Positions 8,433-16,784 of a stretch of 64,000 nt of DNA are shown piece after piece (position 1 is the stretch's first letter; each line of letters begins with the position of its first letter). The notes under the pieces are model-generated. The model searched no databases. It saw only the letters and a program-made list of their open reading frames with translations, and had not been told where the DNA came from. The position numbers and the translations under genes were made by a program. Source of the DNA: Bacteroidota bacterium (GTDB lineage Bacteria; Bacteroidota; Bacteroidia; Bacteroidales; FEN-979); contig JBAXFM010000001.1 in assembly GCA_037139855.1 (NCBI GenBank), forward strand, positions 2,503 to 66,502. Reading direction: 5' to 3'.

Positions 8433-10595
8433 ATGAAACAATTTTTTGCGACCATCCTGGCATTCCTCAGTATCCAGGCATTTGCCAAGGATAAGGATGG
8501 TAAGAGCATTTTGACCGAGGAACAACAAACAAAGCTGAATGCTGAGTTTGGTGACGAGTTCACCAGCCAGTTTGTTCAGGCTCTCTCAAAGGATCCGGAG
8601 GGTAATTCCACGGACAACGCTACCATCGGCGCCATGGTCACTGCGATGACATCAAAGTTACAGGCCGCTGCCGCTGAAAATAACACATTGCTTGCAGCAA
8701 AGAAAAAGTCTGACAGCGACCTGCTCGCTGAAAAGGCTGAAAAGGACAGGCTCGCCGGCATTGTAACCGAAAAGGATGGCATCATTGCCACACTCAAAAA
8801 AACTCCGGAAGACGACCCGGAAGCAAACCGTAAGGATATGAAGACAGATCCCAAAAACTGGAAACCGACAGGTCAGGATACTCACCTTTTCGGTAAAACC
8901 GATTCATTCTTTGCCCTTGACGCAGGTCACGGATACAACAAACGTGCTTATGCAGCACTTTGTGCCATGCATGGTATCGAAATGGGCGCACCGCGCGCTG
9001 CTTCATCGCTTGATTATGCATCGCTGAAAAGTGACCTGGGCGAATATTACCGCGTGAGGATGCAGGATCGCATCCAGAGTTTCCTGCAGGAAATGCCCGA
9101 CCTGGAGAAAGTATTCCCGACGGAATCAGGGTACCAGGATCAGGCCGTGCTCGTGAATCTCTTCCTCACCGATGATTTCTCACAGGCCGACAGCACTGCC
9201 CTGGGCAGCAGCTTTGACAACATGGTTAAAGGCGGCTACAAGTTCGAGCCGGAAATCCTCACCATGTACGATGTGATGTTCGTTCATAAATTCTCTCAGC
9301 TGAAGGAACTGGAAAAGACCTGGATCGGTTTCCTGAACCGTGAAGGATCATCGACCATGAAATGGTCATTCATCCAGTACATTCTGGTGGAAACCGCCAA
9401 GAAACTGAAGAACGAAAAGACCAACCGGTCGATCCGCGGGGTTCGCAAAAACCCGACGCAAAATGTTGCCGGCACTTCACTGCAGGCCAGCAATGGTTTG
9501 TTGAAGTTCATCAAGAACCAGATTGCAGCTTTCAAGGTAAAACCCTTTGCCCTGGGCGAATGGACACCTTCCACCATTGCGGCATACGTGAAGAATGCCA
9601 CGAAGTTGATTCCTGAAGTGTTGCGTGACTCCGGCCGGATCGTACTCTACATGAGTACCGACGCTTTGAGCGATTACCACACCAACCTGGAGACCCTTTA
9701 CGGTTTGAACCAGGATTACAAGGCCGATATCATGTACGTGAAGGAATATCCTTCGGTAAAGATCATCCCGGTGATCGGGATGGCTCCGAGCAAACGCATG
9801 ATCTGGACCCTCGAGGGCAACATCAAGCAGTTCGAAGATCAGCCTGGTGAGATGCTCAACTTCAACATCGAGCAGCAGGACTGGACTTTGAAAGTCTGGA
9901 GCAACTGGCGCGAATCCGTATGGGCATACCTGGTTGGAAAGAAGTACGCTTCTGCCGCCGAGATGCCATCAGATTACAGCACTCAGCTGATCTTCTGCAA
10001 CGATGTGGATGAGGCTGCCGATTACTTCATCAGCGCAGATGCCAACGACACCACCCCATCGGTGTTGAATCACACCTCCCTGGTGACTGTTGCCAATTCA
10101 CAGGCTACTGCCATCACCACATTCGACGACTGTGCCGTTGGCCAGGAAGTCAGGATCAAGTGCGGCAACGCCACCAACGCTTCCACCATCGCAGCTTCCG
10201 GGAACTTCTCCCTGATCACTGCAGCCTGGACTCCTTCGGTAGGGGATATCCTTTATCTGAAGAAAAGAAGTGACGGCAAGTTCATTGAACTCAAGAGGGA
10301 TGTTGTCAGCAGCACTGCCACGGCAATTGCAGCGGATGATGTAACGCCTGATGTGACCGGCAATGACAAGTTCATCACGGTTGCCAATTCACAGGCCACG
10401 GCCATCACAACCTTCGACAATGCTGTTACGGATAAGGTATACACCATCTACGGCGGCAGTGCTACGAATGCTTCAACGATTGCAAACGCCGGGAACTTCG
10501 TTCTCACCGCTGCAATGACTCTCACCGCAGGTACCTGGATCAGACTCCAGAAAGCAGCGAACGCTAAGTTCTACGAAATCGACCGCAGCGCATAG
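8433..10595 (+). CDS. putative major capsid protein with scaffold-like N-terminus and two C-terminal repeat domains (720 aa)
   Basis: Starts 4 nt after the protease stop. The Ala/Lys/Glu-rich coiled-coil N-terminal ~150 aa is delta/scaffold-like. Large central domain. The call is positional (protease then capsid) plus compositional; no search was run. Confidence 0.65.
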   Translation: MKQFFATILAFLSIQAFAKDKDGKSILTEEQQTKLNAEFGDEFTSQFVQALSKDPEGNSTDNATIGAMVTAMTSKLQAAAAENNTLLAAKKKSDSDLLAEKAEKDRLAGIVTEKDGIIATLKKTPEDDPEANRKDMKTDPKNWKPTGQDTHLFGKTDSFFALDAGHGYNKRAYAALCAMHGIEMGAPRAASSLDYASLKSDLGEYYRVRMQDRIQSFLQEMPDLEKVFPTESGYQDQAVLVNLFLTDDFSQADSTALGSSFDNMVKGGYKFEPEILTMYDVMFVHKFSQLKELEKTWIGFLNREGSSTMKWSFIQYILVETAKKLKNEKTNRSIRGVRKNPTQNVAGTSLQASNGLLKFIKNQIAAFKVKPFALGEWTPSTIAAYVKNATKLIPEVLRDSGRIVLYMSTDALSDYHTNLETLYGLNQDYKADIMYVKEYPSVKIIPVIGMAPSKRMIWTLEGNIKQFEDQPGEMLNFNIEQQDWTLKVWSNWRESVWAYLVGKKYASAAEMPSDYSTQLIFCNDVDEAADYFISADANDTTPSVLNHTSLVTVANSQATAITTFDDCAVGQEVRIKCGNATNASTIAASGNFSLITAAWTPSVGDILYLKKRSDGKFIELKRDVVSSTATAIAADDVTPDVTGNDKFITVANSQATAITTFDNAVTDKVYTIYGGSATNASTIANAGNFVLTAAMTLTAGTWIRLQKAANAKFYEIDRSA
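10053..10592 (+). repeat. Tandem in-frame duplication of a ~97-aa module at the capsid-protein C-terminus
   Basis: GTTGCCAATTCACAGG occurs at 10089 and 10380 (period 291 nt). Peptides TVANSQATAITTFD...ATNASTIA..GNF are shared by residues 541-637 and 638-720. Confidence 0.85.
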
Positions 10596-10602
10596 TCCGA
10601 CC

Positions 10603-10625
10603 GGGAGGGGACATAATCCCCTCCC
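10603..10625 (+). other. GC-rich stem-loop without a U-tract between the capsid gene and the next gene
   Basis: GGGAGGGGA-cataa-TCCCCTCCC perfect 9-bp stem, 8 nt after the capsid stop, with no T-run after it. Possible partial terminator or RNA-stability element. Confidence 0.4.
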
Positions 10626-10666
10626 ATCGGCCTATAGCCAGTCTTAACCTATAATACTTTATCGAT

Positions 10667-11476
10667 ATGTACGTAAAAGTTGACGTCAGCAAGCCCGGTG
10701 ATAACAAGGGAGTTGGCGGGGATAAAAAAGCGACCGTCACAATCTTTGATTGGGATGATGTTGCCAGCATGCCGGCAAGGAATGCCAGCGGAATTGTCAT
10801 TACCGGAAACATCACGTTGAATGCGGGCGCATACATGAGCAAATTGTATGCAACCCAGAGTACCATCAAAGCCGGTGCCGACAGCGAAGGCGATCCTGAT
10901 GCAAAAGGCATCATGCAGAGTGTTGAATTCGAACACCCGGGAGATTCTCAGGCTATCAGGGAATTTCGCGCTAACTGGATGAACAAAAACATCGGGATCA
11001 TCATCGAGCGTTGTTCATCTGTGCAGAAAAACCAATACGGAACGCCGTGTTCACCGCTTCAGATGGTTTTCAAAGCTGAAGACGACAAGGACAAGAACAA
11101 AACAACGTTCACGTTCAAGTCGATCAACAAAGGTCCGGATGTTGCCGATTACCAGGGAACGATGACCTACAGCACAGTGCTTGCAACCATTGCCGCAGAC
11201 GCTGCTACCGTTAACCTGGTAACAGGTTCCGGCAGGTATGCGCTGACTTCGGGTGTTGCTGCAGCTGCAACCATCACGACCTGCAGCAATGCAGTTGACG
11301 GAATGAGTTTCACCCTGGTTGGATCCGGAGGAGCATTTCCTTCTGAAATCACCGGTGATGACTTTGTACTGTCATCCGGAACGGCATGGACCGCCATTGC
11401 AGGCGCTGAGATCACCTTCAAAGCGTTCAAAAGCGGTGCAAGTGCATGGAAGTTCTTCGAATTGAGCCGCAAATAG
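10667..11476 (+). CDS. hypothetical structural protein carrying a third copy of the capsid C-terminal domain (269 aa)
   Basis: The C-terminal ~95 aa (TIAADAATVNLVTGSGRY..AAATITTCSNAV..WKFFELSR) aligns with the capsid repeats (AIAADDVTPDVTGNDKF..ATAITTFDNAV..AKFYEIDR). Candidate decoration or major tail protein. Confidence 0.7.
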   Translation: MYVKVDVSKPGDNKGVGGDKKATVTIFDWDDVASMPARNASGIVITGNITLNAGAYMSKLYATQSTIKAGADSEGDPDAKGIMQSVEFEHPGDSQAIREFRANWMNKNIGIIIERCSSVQKNQYGTPCSPLQMVFKAEDDKDKNKTTFTFKSINKGPDVADYQGTMTYSTVLATIAADAATVNLVTGSGRYALTSGVAAAATITTCSNAVDGMSFTLVGSGGAFPSEITGDDFVLSSGTAWTAIAGAEITFKAFKSGASAWKFFELSRK

Positions 11477-11521
11477 CGGATAGTTTACGAGGTTAATTCC
11501 TCCCATAATCAAGTGTGTGTT

Positions 11522-11555
11522 ACCCGTCGCATGTCATGGTGCGGCGGGTTTTTTA
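11522..11555 (+). terminator. Rho-independent terminator
   Basis: ACCCGTCGCA-tgtcatgg-TGCGGCGGGT stem (one G:T pair) followed by TTTTTTAA. Confidence 0.75.
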
Positions 11556-11615
11556 ATGTCCTTTTCAGATTATATCAATGATTTTAAGTTTGTTTCGATT
11601 CAAAAACATTCAGTT

Positions 11616-11963
11616 ATGAAAACCGAAATTGAAAATTATTTTAAAAAGGACCGCAGTCACGCCGGCGGCGTTCAGCTGATCATGAAACATTCCAACCGCC
11701 TTGCTCTGAAGAAACAGTGCAACATGCAACCTGAAAGTGAGTATATGACCGGTGTGATCCATGAAGAGCTGCGCGAGCTCGCCGGGATGACCCAGGAGGC
11801 GCTCAGGGATCTGTTTTCGGCAAAAGTGGCCAAAGATATTCCCCAGGTGAAAGATGTTGTTATACCCCCTGTGAAGGCACAATCGGCAAACCCACCGGTG
11901 GCCACAAAAACCGCCAAAACCGTAAGTGGGCCCGCCTCAAAAAAAGCGAGCCGCAAAAAATAG
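11616..11963 (+). CDS. hypothetical protein with a basic Lys/Pro/Ala-rich tail (115 aa from ATG 11616)
   Basis: The track ORF opens at 11517, inside the terminator. The first plausible ATG is 11616 (MKTEIENYFKK...). C-terminus is PPVATKTAKTVSGPASKKASRKK. Confidence 0.55.
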   Translation: MKTEIENYFKKDRSHAGGVQLIMKHSNRLALKKQCNMQPESEYMTGVIHEELRELAGMTQEALRDLFSAKVAKDIPQVKDVVIPPVKAQSANPPVATKTAKTVSGPASKKASRKK

Positions 11964-12010
11964 CATTAAACTCAGTACCGGCCTTCCGTATCCGGGAAGA
12001 ATTCCCCTTT

Positions 12011-12445
12011 TTGCGGCAAAATGATTGCCCCCCTGAGTTGAAGATCCTCGTGGCAGACATGCTAACGGCTTATGACAATTATAAGCTCGGGCATGCCTGC
12101 CTGTTTACTGCGCGTACACACGAAGAGATTCACCGGGCGGCCAGTGACACGGTTGAAAATTACCTGGAGAACCGGCGCATCTGGAAGGAACTCAATCACT
12201 ATAAGGAAAAAGGTACCATCCTGGGTGAACATAGGATTTTCACCTGGTTAAAAAGAGTGGATGATATCCGGGGAATGAAGATCGGTGACCTGGTAAACCT
12301 GAAGATTCGCCTGGATAATAATCTGGTGCGTAACCGGGCCGCCTTGCGCCGGCAACCTGATCACCCGCAGACCCTGATCCGCAAGGAGCGCATCAGGGAG
12401 ATGGAAAAAGAACAGGCAGAAGTTAACCGTTTACTAAACTTATAA
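12011..12445 (+). CDS. hypothetical protein (144 aa from TTG 12011; ATG alternative at 12059)
   Basis: Open frame ends 1 nt before the next start. Start codon uncertain. Confidence 0.55.
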   Translation: MRQNDCPPELKILVADMLTAYDNYKLGHACLFTARTHEEIHRAASDTVENYLENRRIWKELNHYKEKGTILGEHRIFTWLKRVDDIRGMKIGDLVNLKIRLDNNLVRNRAALRRQPDHPQTLIRKERIREMEKEQAEVNRLLNL

Positions 12446-13051
12446 GTGAATTCAAAGTTTTTCAATATCGACGAGCTGGAGGATCCCGGTGATGATCAGC
12501 AAAGCGCTGACACATCAGGGATCCGCATTGAACGTTTCCTGCAGCTGCACGAACAGCGAATTGAGAGTATCAAGGATCTGACAGGCCGTTTGCCAGGTGA
12601 AGGTGAGATTTTCTTCTTGTGGACCGTAAATTCATTCAATGCGTTCACCTTCATTCCGTTCATCATCAAAGAATGTGGACCTATACAGCAACTGATCCTG
12701 GCCACTTATTCCATCAACATCCGGATCATTGATGCCCTGGTGCGGCTGATCGACAAAGGGCTGATCCTTTCTGTTGATATTTTCATCAGTGATTCAGTCC
12801 GCAGCCGGTTGCCCAAAGTGTATGATCACCTGATGGCGCTGGTCGAGACCAAACCGGTGAGGGTAAAATATTCCTGGAATCATGCCAAGATTGCCCTGAT
12901 CCGCTCCGGTGATCACTATTTCGACGTGGAAAGGTCCGGGAACTGGGGCGAAAACGCCCAGCATGAGCAATATGTTTTCCTGAATAACAGAAGTGTGTTT
13001 GAATTTCGTAAAAATGAAATCCTCAATGGAATTAACCCCTGCACAGTATAA
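12446..13051 (+). CDS. PLD-like (HKD-type) domain protein, possible nuclease (201 aa, GTG start)
   Basis: YSWNHAKIALIRSGDHYFDVERSGNWGENA resembles the HxK...GSxN signature of single-HKD PLD-superfamily proteins (Nuc/BfiI type). The upstream beta-alpha pattern (LILATYSIN...ALVRLIDKGL..VDIFISD) fits the fold. The Asp spacing is non-canonical. Confidence 0.5.
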   Translation: MNSKFFNIDELEDPGDDQQSADTSGIRIERFLQLHEQRIESIKDLTGRLPGEGEIFFLWTVNSFNAFTFIPFIIKECGPIQQLILATYSINIRIIDALVRLIDKGLILSVDIFISDSVRSRLPKVYDHLMALVETKPVRVKYSWNHAKIALIRSGDHYFDVERSGNWGENAQHEQYVFLNNRSVFEFRKNEILNGINPCTV

Positions 13052-13913
13052 AGAGATCGAAAAGCTCGCGGCGGTCAACTACAGCGTGAAACAAATCGCC
13101 ATGTACCTGGATGTGGATCCCAAAGCATTCCAGAAAGAGTTCAGCAACCTTGAATCGAAGGTCCGCTATCATTATGACCGGGGGTTGCTCGTTACCCAGG
13201 CGGAACTGGACATGGCCAACCTCAAAAGGGCAAAGGATGGCAACATGACTTCCATCCAGCAGTGGAAAAAGGATGCAAATTCTCAAAAGCTTGACAACCT
13301 GAAAAAACAGGTGTTTTTCGATGAAGAGCACAATGAATATGAACAGCTGCAGGGGCTGATCGAGCGGGGAGAGACGGGAAAACTGCCTGAAAAGGTTGTA
13401 AACTTTTATGAGCAGATTGATTTCATCCGTTGCCTGTACAACAAATACGAATCGAAGAGTTTTATCATCAACGCCGTGGTTGTTCAATACCCGCGGCTGT
13501 CCAAATACCAGGCAACGCAGCTTTATTATGAAACCCTGAATTTCTTCAACCTGGATAACCAGGTGAAAGTTGAAGCCTGGGCGAATATCTATGCCGACCG
13601 GTTGGATAACATGGCCAGGATCTGTTATGAGCTGAATGACTTCGAAACCGCCCGCCGGCTGACCATGGACAGCGCCGAGCTGCGCGGTGTAGGCAAGGAT
13701 AAGCCGAACCAGGTTCCTGATGAACTGCTTGACCGCCGGCCGGTATTTTACACCATCCGGATCGAGGATATCGGGGTGTCGAAAATCAATCGCAATGATC
13801 TGGCTGCCTTCATTGATAACCTGGATATCACCGAAAGGGAAAAATCAAAAGTGAAGCGTGAAGCCATGATTGAAGATGTTCCATTTGAAATGCTGCCAGA
13901 TGAGCAAAACTAA
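13026..13913 (+). CDS. putative terminase small subunit (295 aa from ATG 13026)
   Basis: N-terminal HTH-like segment (NYSVKQIAMYLDVDPKAF). The gene overlaps the start of the large terminase. The call is mostly positional. ATG 13014 is also possible. Confidence 0.4.
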   Translation: MELTPAQYKEIEKLAAVNYSVKQIAMYLDVDPKAFQKEFSNLESKVRYHYDRGLLVTQAELDMANLKRAKDGNMTSIQQWKKDANSQKLDNLKKQVFFDEEHNEYEQLQGLIERGETGKLPEKVVNFYEQIDFIRCLYNKYESKSFIINAVVVQYPRLSKYQATQLYYETLNFFNLDNQVKVEAWANIYADRLDNMARICYELNDFETARRLTMDSAELRGVGKDKPNQVPDELLDRRPVFYTIRIEDIGVSKINRNDLAAFIDNLDITEREKSKVKREAMIEDVPFEMLPDEQN

Positions 13914-15585
13914 GATAACGACTCAGGAGGCCGATATCCGTTACTCGAATTGGATATCCACGCTGATCGATCTGATCAAGCCGGCAAATCTTTATCTCTA
14001 TGGTGGCCGTGGAACGGCAAAATCAACTGAAATACTGGCAAAAAGGACCATTGATGTGGTATATGACATGCCCAGGGCAAGTTTTGCCTTTGTATCGGAT
14101 ACTTACGTGAACCTGATGACCAACATTATTCCGGCCATTTTGACAGGATGGGAGGGGAGAATGAAATTCCTGGAGAACTATCATTTCGTGGTCGATGTGC
14201 CGCCTCCGGATCACTGGCCCAAACCCCTGGTTAAAACCTTTTCATTCAAACATACTATTTCAACCTTCAACGGTTGTAAGTTCTTTCTTACTTCTCTTGA
14301 CAGGCCATCATCGAACGCCGGGATCTCCGTAGTGCACCATTTTGGCGATGAAGCAAAGTACCTCCAGTGGGATAAATTAAGTAAGCTTTTTCCGACGCTC
14401 AGGGGAGACTATGCCCTTTATGGCCATTCCCATTACTTTATGGGTCAAACGTTCTGCAGCGACATGGCTGATCCCAGTGTGGGAGAAAGTGACTGGATGC
14501 TGCGCATGGAAAAGAACATGGACAAAGAACAGATCACCCGGATCATCCAATCTGCCATTATCCTCAATGAAATTAACCTGGAGCTTTACCAGGCTGAGCA
14601 AAAAGGTGAGGATATCAAACGCATTGACAACATCAAAAAAAATCAGGCTCGCTGGATAGAGCGCATCCGCAAGATTCGCCAGGACAGCACATTCTTCTAC
14701 ATAGTCAGTTCCTTTGCCAATGCCGATATACTTACCCTGCGATACTTCCAGAACCTGTTGGCATCATTGACATTTGAAGAGTTTAAGACTGCAGTACTGT
14801 CTATCCGTAAGACCCTGGAGAAGGGCGCCCGTTTCTATGGTGCCCTGGCAGATAAGCATTTCTACATTGATGGCTACAACTATGACTACTATGACAAGTT
14901 TGGCATACGTGACAATGTGTCTCAGACATCAGCAGGGCTGAAGTATGTACAGCATGATAAGATACTCGAGGGTGGGTTTGATGCAGGCAACATGATGAGC
15001 CTGGTAATAGGGCAGGAGCAGGGCAATCAGTATAGGGTACTCAAAGGTATGTACACGCTTACACCAGAGTGGATAAGGGAGTTAGGCGATAAGTTCATTA
15101 CATTCTTTGAACCACATAAGCGTAAGGTATTGCATCTGTACCATGACAGATCAACCAATCAGTATCGTAAGACAGGACGTGACGTTGCTACTCAACTCAA
15201 ACATGATATCGAATACAATAAGGCAGGCACACGTACTGGATGGATCGTACAGCTTATGAGTGTGGGACAGGGCAACATATCGCACTCAGATGAGTTCAAC
15301 CTGATGAACATCATGATGGGTGAGAAGGATAAGAGATTACCCAAACTGTTAATAGATAAGTTTGAGTGCAAGGAACTCAAGAGCCAGCTCGAGATCACTC
15401 CCGTTACCAAGAGCAGCAAGGGTGAGATACAGAAGGTAAAGAAAGGCGATAAGTTATCGCCATCACGATTGGCAATGGAGTCAACAAACTTCTGTGATGC
15501 GTTCAAATATCTGCTATGCAGGCACAAATGGCTTGCCATAGCCAGGCAGAAGAGGGGCCTTACCTTTGGCTCCCTTAACATGTAA
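13900..15585 (+). CDS. terL: terminase large subunit
   Basis: Walker-A-like YLYGGRGTAKST and Walker-B-like VVHHFGDEAKY. ~560 aa, typical TerL size. ATG 13900 chosen; the track ORF opens at TTG 13870 and ATG 13876 is possible. Confidence 0.85.
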   Translation: MSKTKITTQEADIRYSNWISTLIDLIKPANLYLYGGRGTAKSTEILAKRTIDVVYDMPRASFAFVSDTYVNLMTNIIPAILTGWEGRMKFLENYHFVVDVPPPDHWPKPLVKTFSFKHTISTFNGCKFFLTSLDRPSSNAGISVVHHFGDEAKYLQWDKLSKLFPTLRGDYALYGHSHYFMGQTFCSDMADPSVGESDWMLRMEKNMDKEQITRIIQSAIILNEINLELYQAEQKGEDIKRIDNIKKNQARWIERIRKIRQDSTFFYIVSSFANADILTLRYFQNLLASLTFEEFKTAVLSIRKTLEKGARFYGALADKHFYIDGYNYDYYDKFGIRDNVSQTSAGLKYVQHDKILEGGFDAGNMMSLVIGQEQGNQYRVLKGMYTLTPEWIRELGDKFITFFEPHKRKVLHLYHDRSTNQYRKTGRDVATQLKHDIEYNKAGTRTGWIVQLMSVGQGNISHSDEFNLMNIMMGEKDKRLPKLLIDKFECKELKSQLEITPVTKSSKGEIQKVKKGDKLSPSRLAMESTNFCDAFKYLLCRHKWLAIARQKRGLTFGSLNM

Positions 15586-15728
15586 CACAATCCTTATAGG
15601 CAATGCCCATATATGTGTGATTTCGTAAAGTACGAAACCACTGCATGTGTGGGATCCTCCATGCCCTTTTGTCATATATCCGCCTACCAGCGCGGGTGAA
15701 CGTGCCCCCCGGCGGCTGGGCGGGTCGT

Positions 15729-15771
15729 CCGGTTTGGCATCTTGGCTTTTGTAAAAGCCAAACCAAACCGG
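15729..15771 (+). other. 43-nt near-perfect hairpin downstream of terL
   Basis: CCGGTTTGG-catc-TTGGCTTTT-gt-AAAAGCCAA-a-CCAAACCGG (9+9 bp). No clear T-run follows. Confidence 0.6.
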
Positions 15772-15783
15772 TTAAAAAATAGA

Positions 15784-15808
15784 AAATCAGCCATTCTGTC
15801 TGATTTTT
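15784..15808 (+). terminator. Weak rho-independent terminator
   Basis: AAATCAG-ccattctgt-CTGATTT followed by TTTTAC. Confidence 0.45.
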
Positions 15809-15840
15809 ACATAAAGTTTTACTTTAATGTTGATCTCATG

Positions 15841-16152
15841 GAAAGGGAAGTTCAAATTTTGGACTTCCTTTTTCTTTGAATAACCGGCAAAGAAAAAGGA
15901 AGCGAAAAAGAAACCGAGTTTGGCCAGCGCACTACTTAATACTCGAAATTCATCAAAGTTACCTATGGGGAAAGAAGGGTAAAACTGTCAAGGGCGGCCT
16001 CCTGGAGGAACTTGCCGCCTTTCAGGTTACTTCAGATTGCATGCAATCGTGACCCACACCCCTGACATTATTTATTCCCCGCGGTGAAGCCTTACGGCAA
16101 AATTTCATTATTAACCAGCGGCCTGATAACGGCTGCATAAAACAATTGCCGT
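15841..16152 (+). promoter_or_regulatory. Structured leader element L1 upstream of the radC-like gene (paralog of L2)
   Basis: 15-bp perfect hairpin CTTCCTTTTTCTTTG(15864..15878)/CAAAGAAAAAGGAAG(15888..15902). 23-nt core GGCCAGCGCACTACTTAATACTC (15922..15944). Hairpin GGCGGC..GCCGCC (15993..16019). Palindrome GATTGCATGCAATC (16035..16048). The same order and spacing occur in L2. Confidence 0.6.
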
Positions 16153-16614
16153 ATGAAAACCATGAACTTGTTCAACTCGAGCGTTGCTGAAGTAAGCATC
16201 GTCTATCACAACACCGTTCGCCCGTCTGAGCGACAGAAAATCACCAAATCAAATGATGCCTTTGACCTTCTCAAGAGCATCTGGAATGACCAGATTGATC
16301 TTTATGAGTCGTTCTACATCCTTTTAATGAACAGGGCAAACAAAGTCCTGGGCTATCGCTGCATTTCCCAGGGAGGAGTCTCTGGGACCGTGGTGGATCC
16401 CAAAGCGATCTTCCAGGCCGCCCTGCTGGCTAATGCGTCAAACATTATCCTGGCACACAATCACCCGAGCGGAACCCTGGTTCCCTCAGAGGCCGACGAA
16501 AGAATTACAAAGAAGTTAAAATTAGCTGGTGAGTACATGGAAATACAGGTACTTGACCATCTGATCCTGGGCGATGAAAGCTTTTATTCATTTGCTGACG
16601 ACGGGAGGTTATAA
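16153..16614 (+). CDS. radC: RadC-like JAB/JAMM domain protein (153 aa)
   Basis: Intact JAMM motif HNHPSGTLVPSEAD (HxH-x7-S-xx-D). ILAHNHPSG and the C-terminal LDHLILG are typical of the RadC/DUF2466 family. Confidence 0.85.
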   Translation: MKTMNLFNSSVAEVSIVYHNTVRPSERQKITKSNDAFDLLKSIWNDQIDLYESFYILLMNRANKVLGYRCISQGGVSGTVVDPKAIFQAALLANASNIILAHNHPSGTLVPSEADERITKKLKLAGEYMEIQVLDHLILGDESFYSFADDGRL

Positions 16615-16751
16615 TGGAAGCGCTATACGAAATGTTCAGCCAGCTGCAGGATGATGTTTACTATCCTGGGTACTGCCTTGCAATGGAAACATCAGATCCT
16701 GAAAAGGTAAAATTCGAATGGGAACAGTTTTTAAAAATGTTCTCTAAATGA
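16614..16751 (+). CDS. small hypothetical ORF (45 aa) translationally coupled to the radC-like gene
   Basis: TAATG stop/start overlap with radC. MEALYEMFSQLQDDVYYPGYCLAMETSDPEKVKFEWEQFLKMFSK. Ends 5 nt before a strong terminator. Below the track length cut-off. Confidence 0.45.
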   Translation: MEALYEMFSQLQDDVYYPGYCLAMETSDPEKVKFEWEQFLKMFSK

Positions 16752-16755
16752 CAGG

Positions 16756-16784
16756 AGCCCCGGGAAAACCCGGGGCTTTTTTTA
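16756..16784 (+). terminator. Rho-independent terminator
   Basis: AGCCCCGGG-aaaa-CCCGGGGCT followed by TTTTTTTAT. Confidence 0.8.

Noticed and set aside
10053-10592. The capsid tandem repeats as a diversity-generating retroelement template/variable pair
   Set aside because: There is no reverse transcriptase ORF anywhere in the unit, and the differences between the copies are of all substitution types, not adenine-specific.
15922-15944. The shared core GGCCAGCGCACTACTTAATACTC as a sigma-54 (-24/-12) or Bacteroides TTTG/TAnnTTTG promoter
   Set aside because: TGGCC is present, but the required GC at the -12 position is absent (AC instead). No TAnnTTTG follows at the right distance. It is left as an unassigned conserved box.
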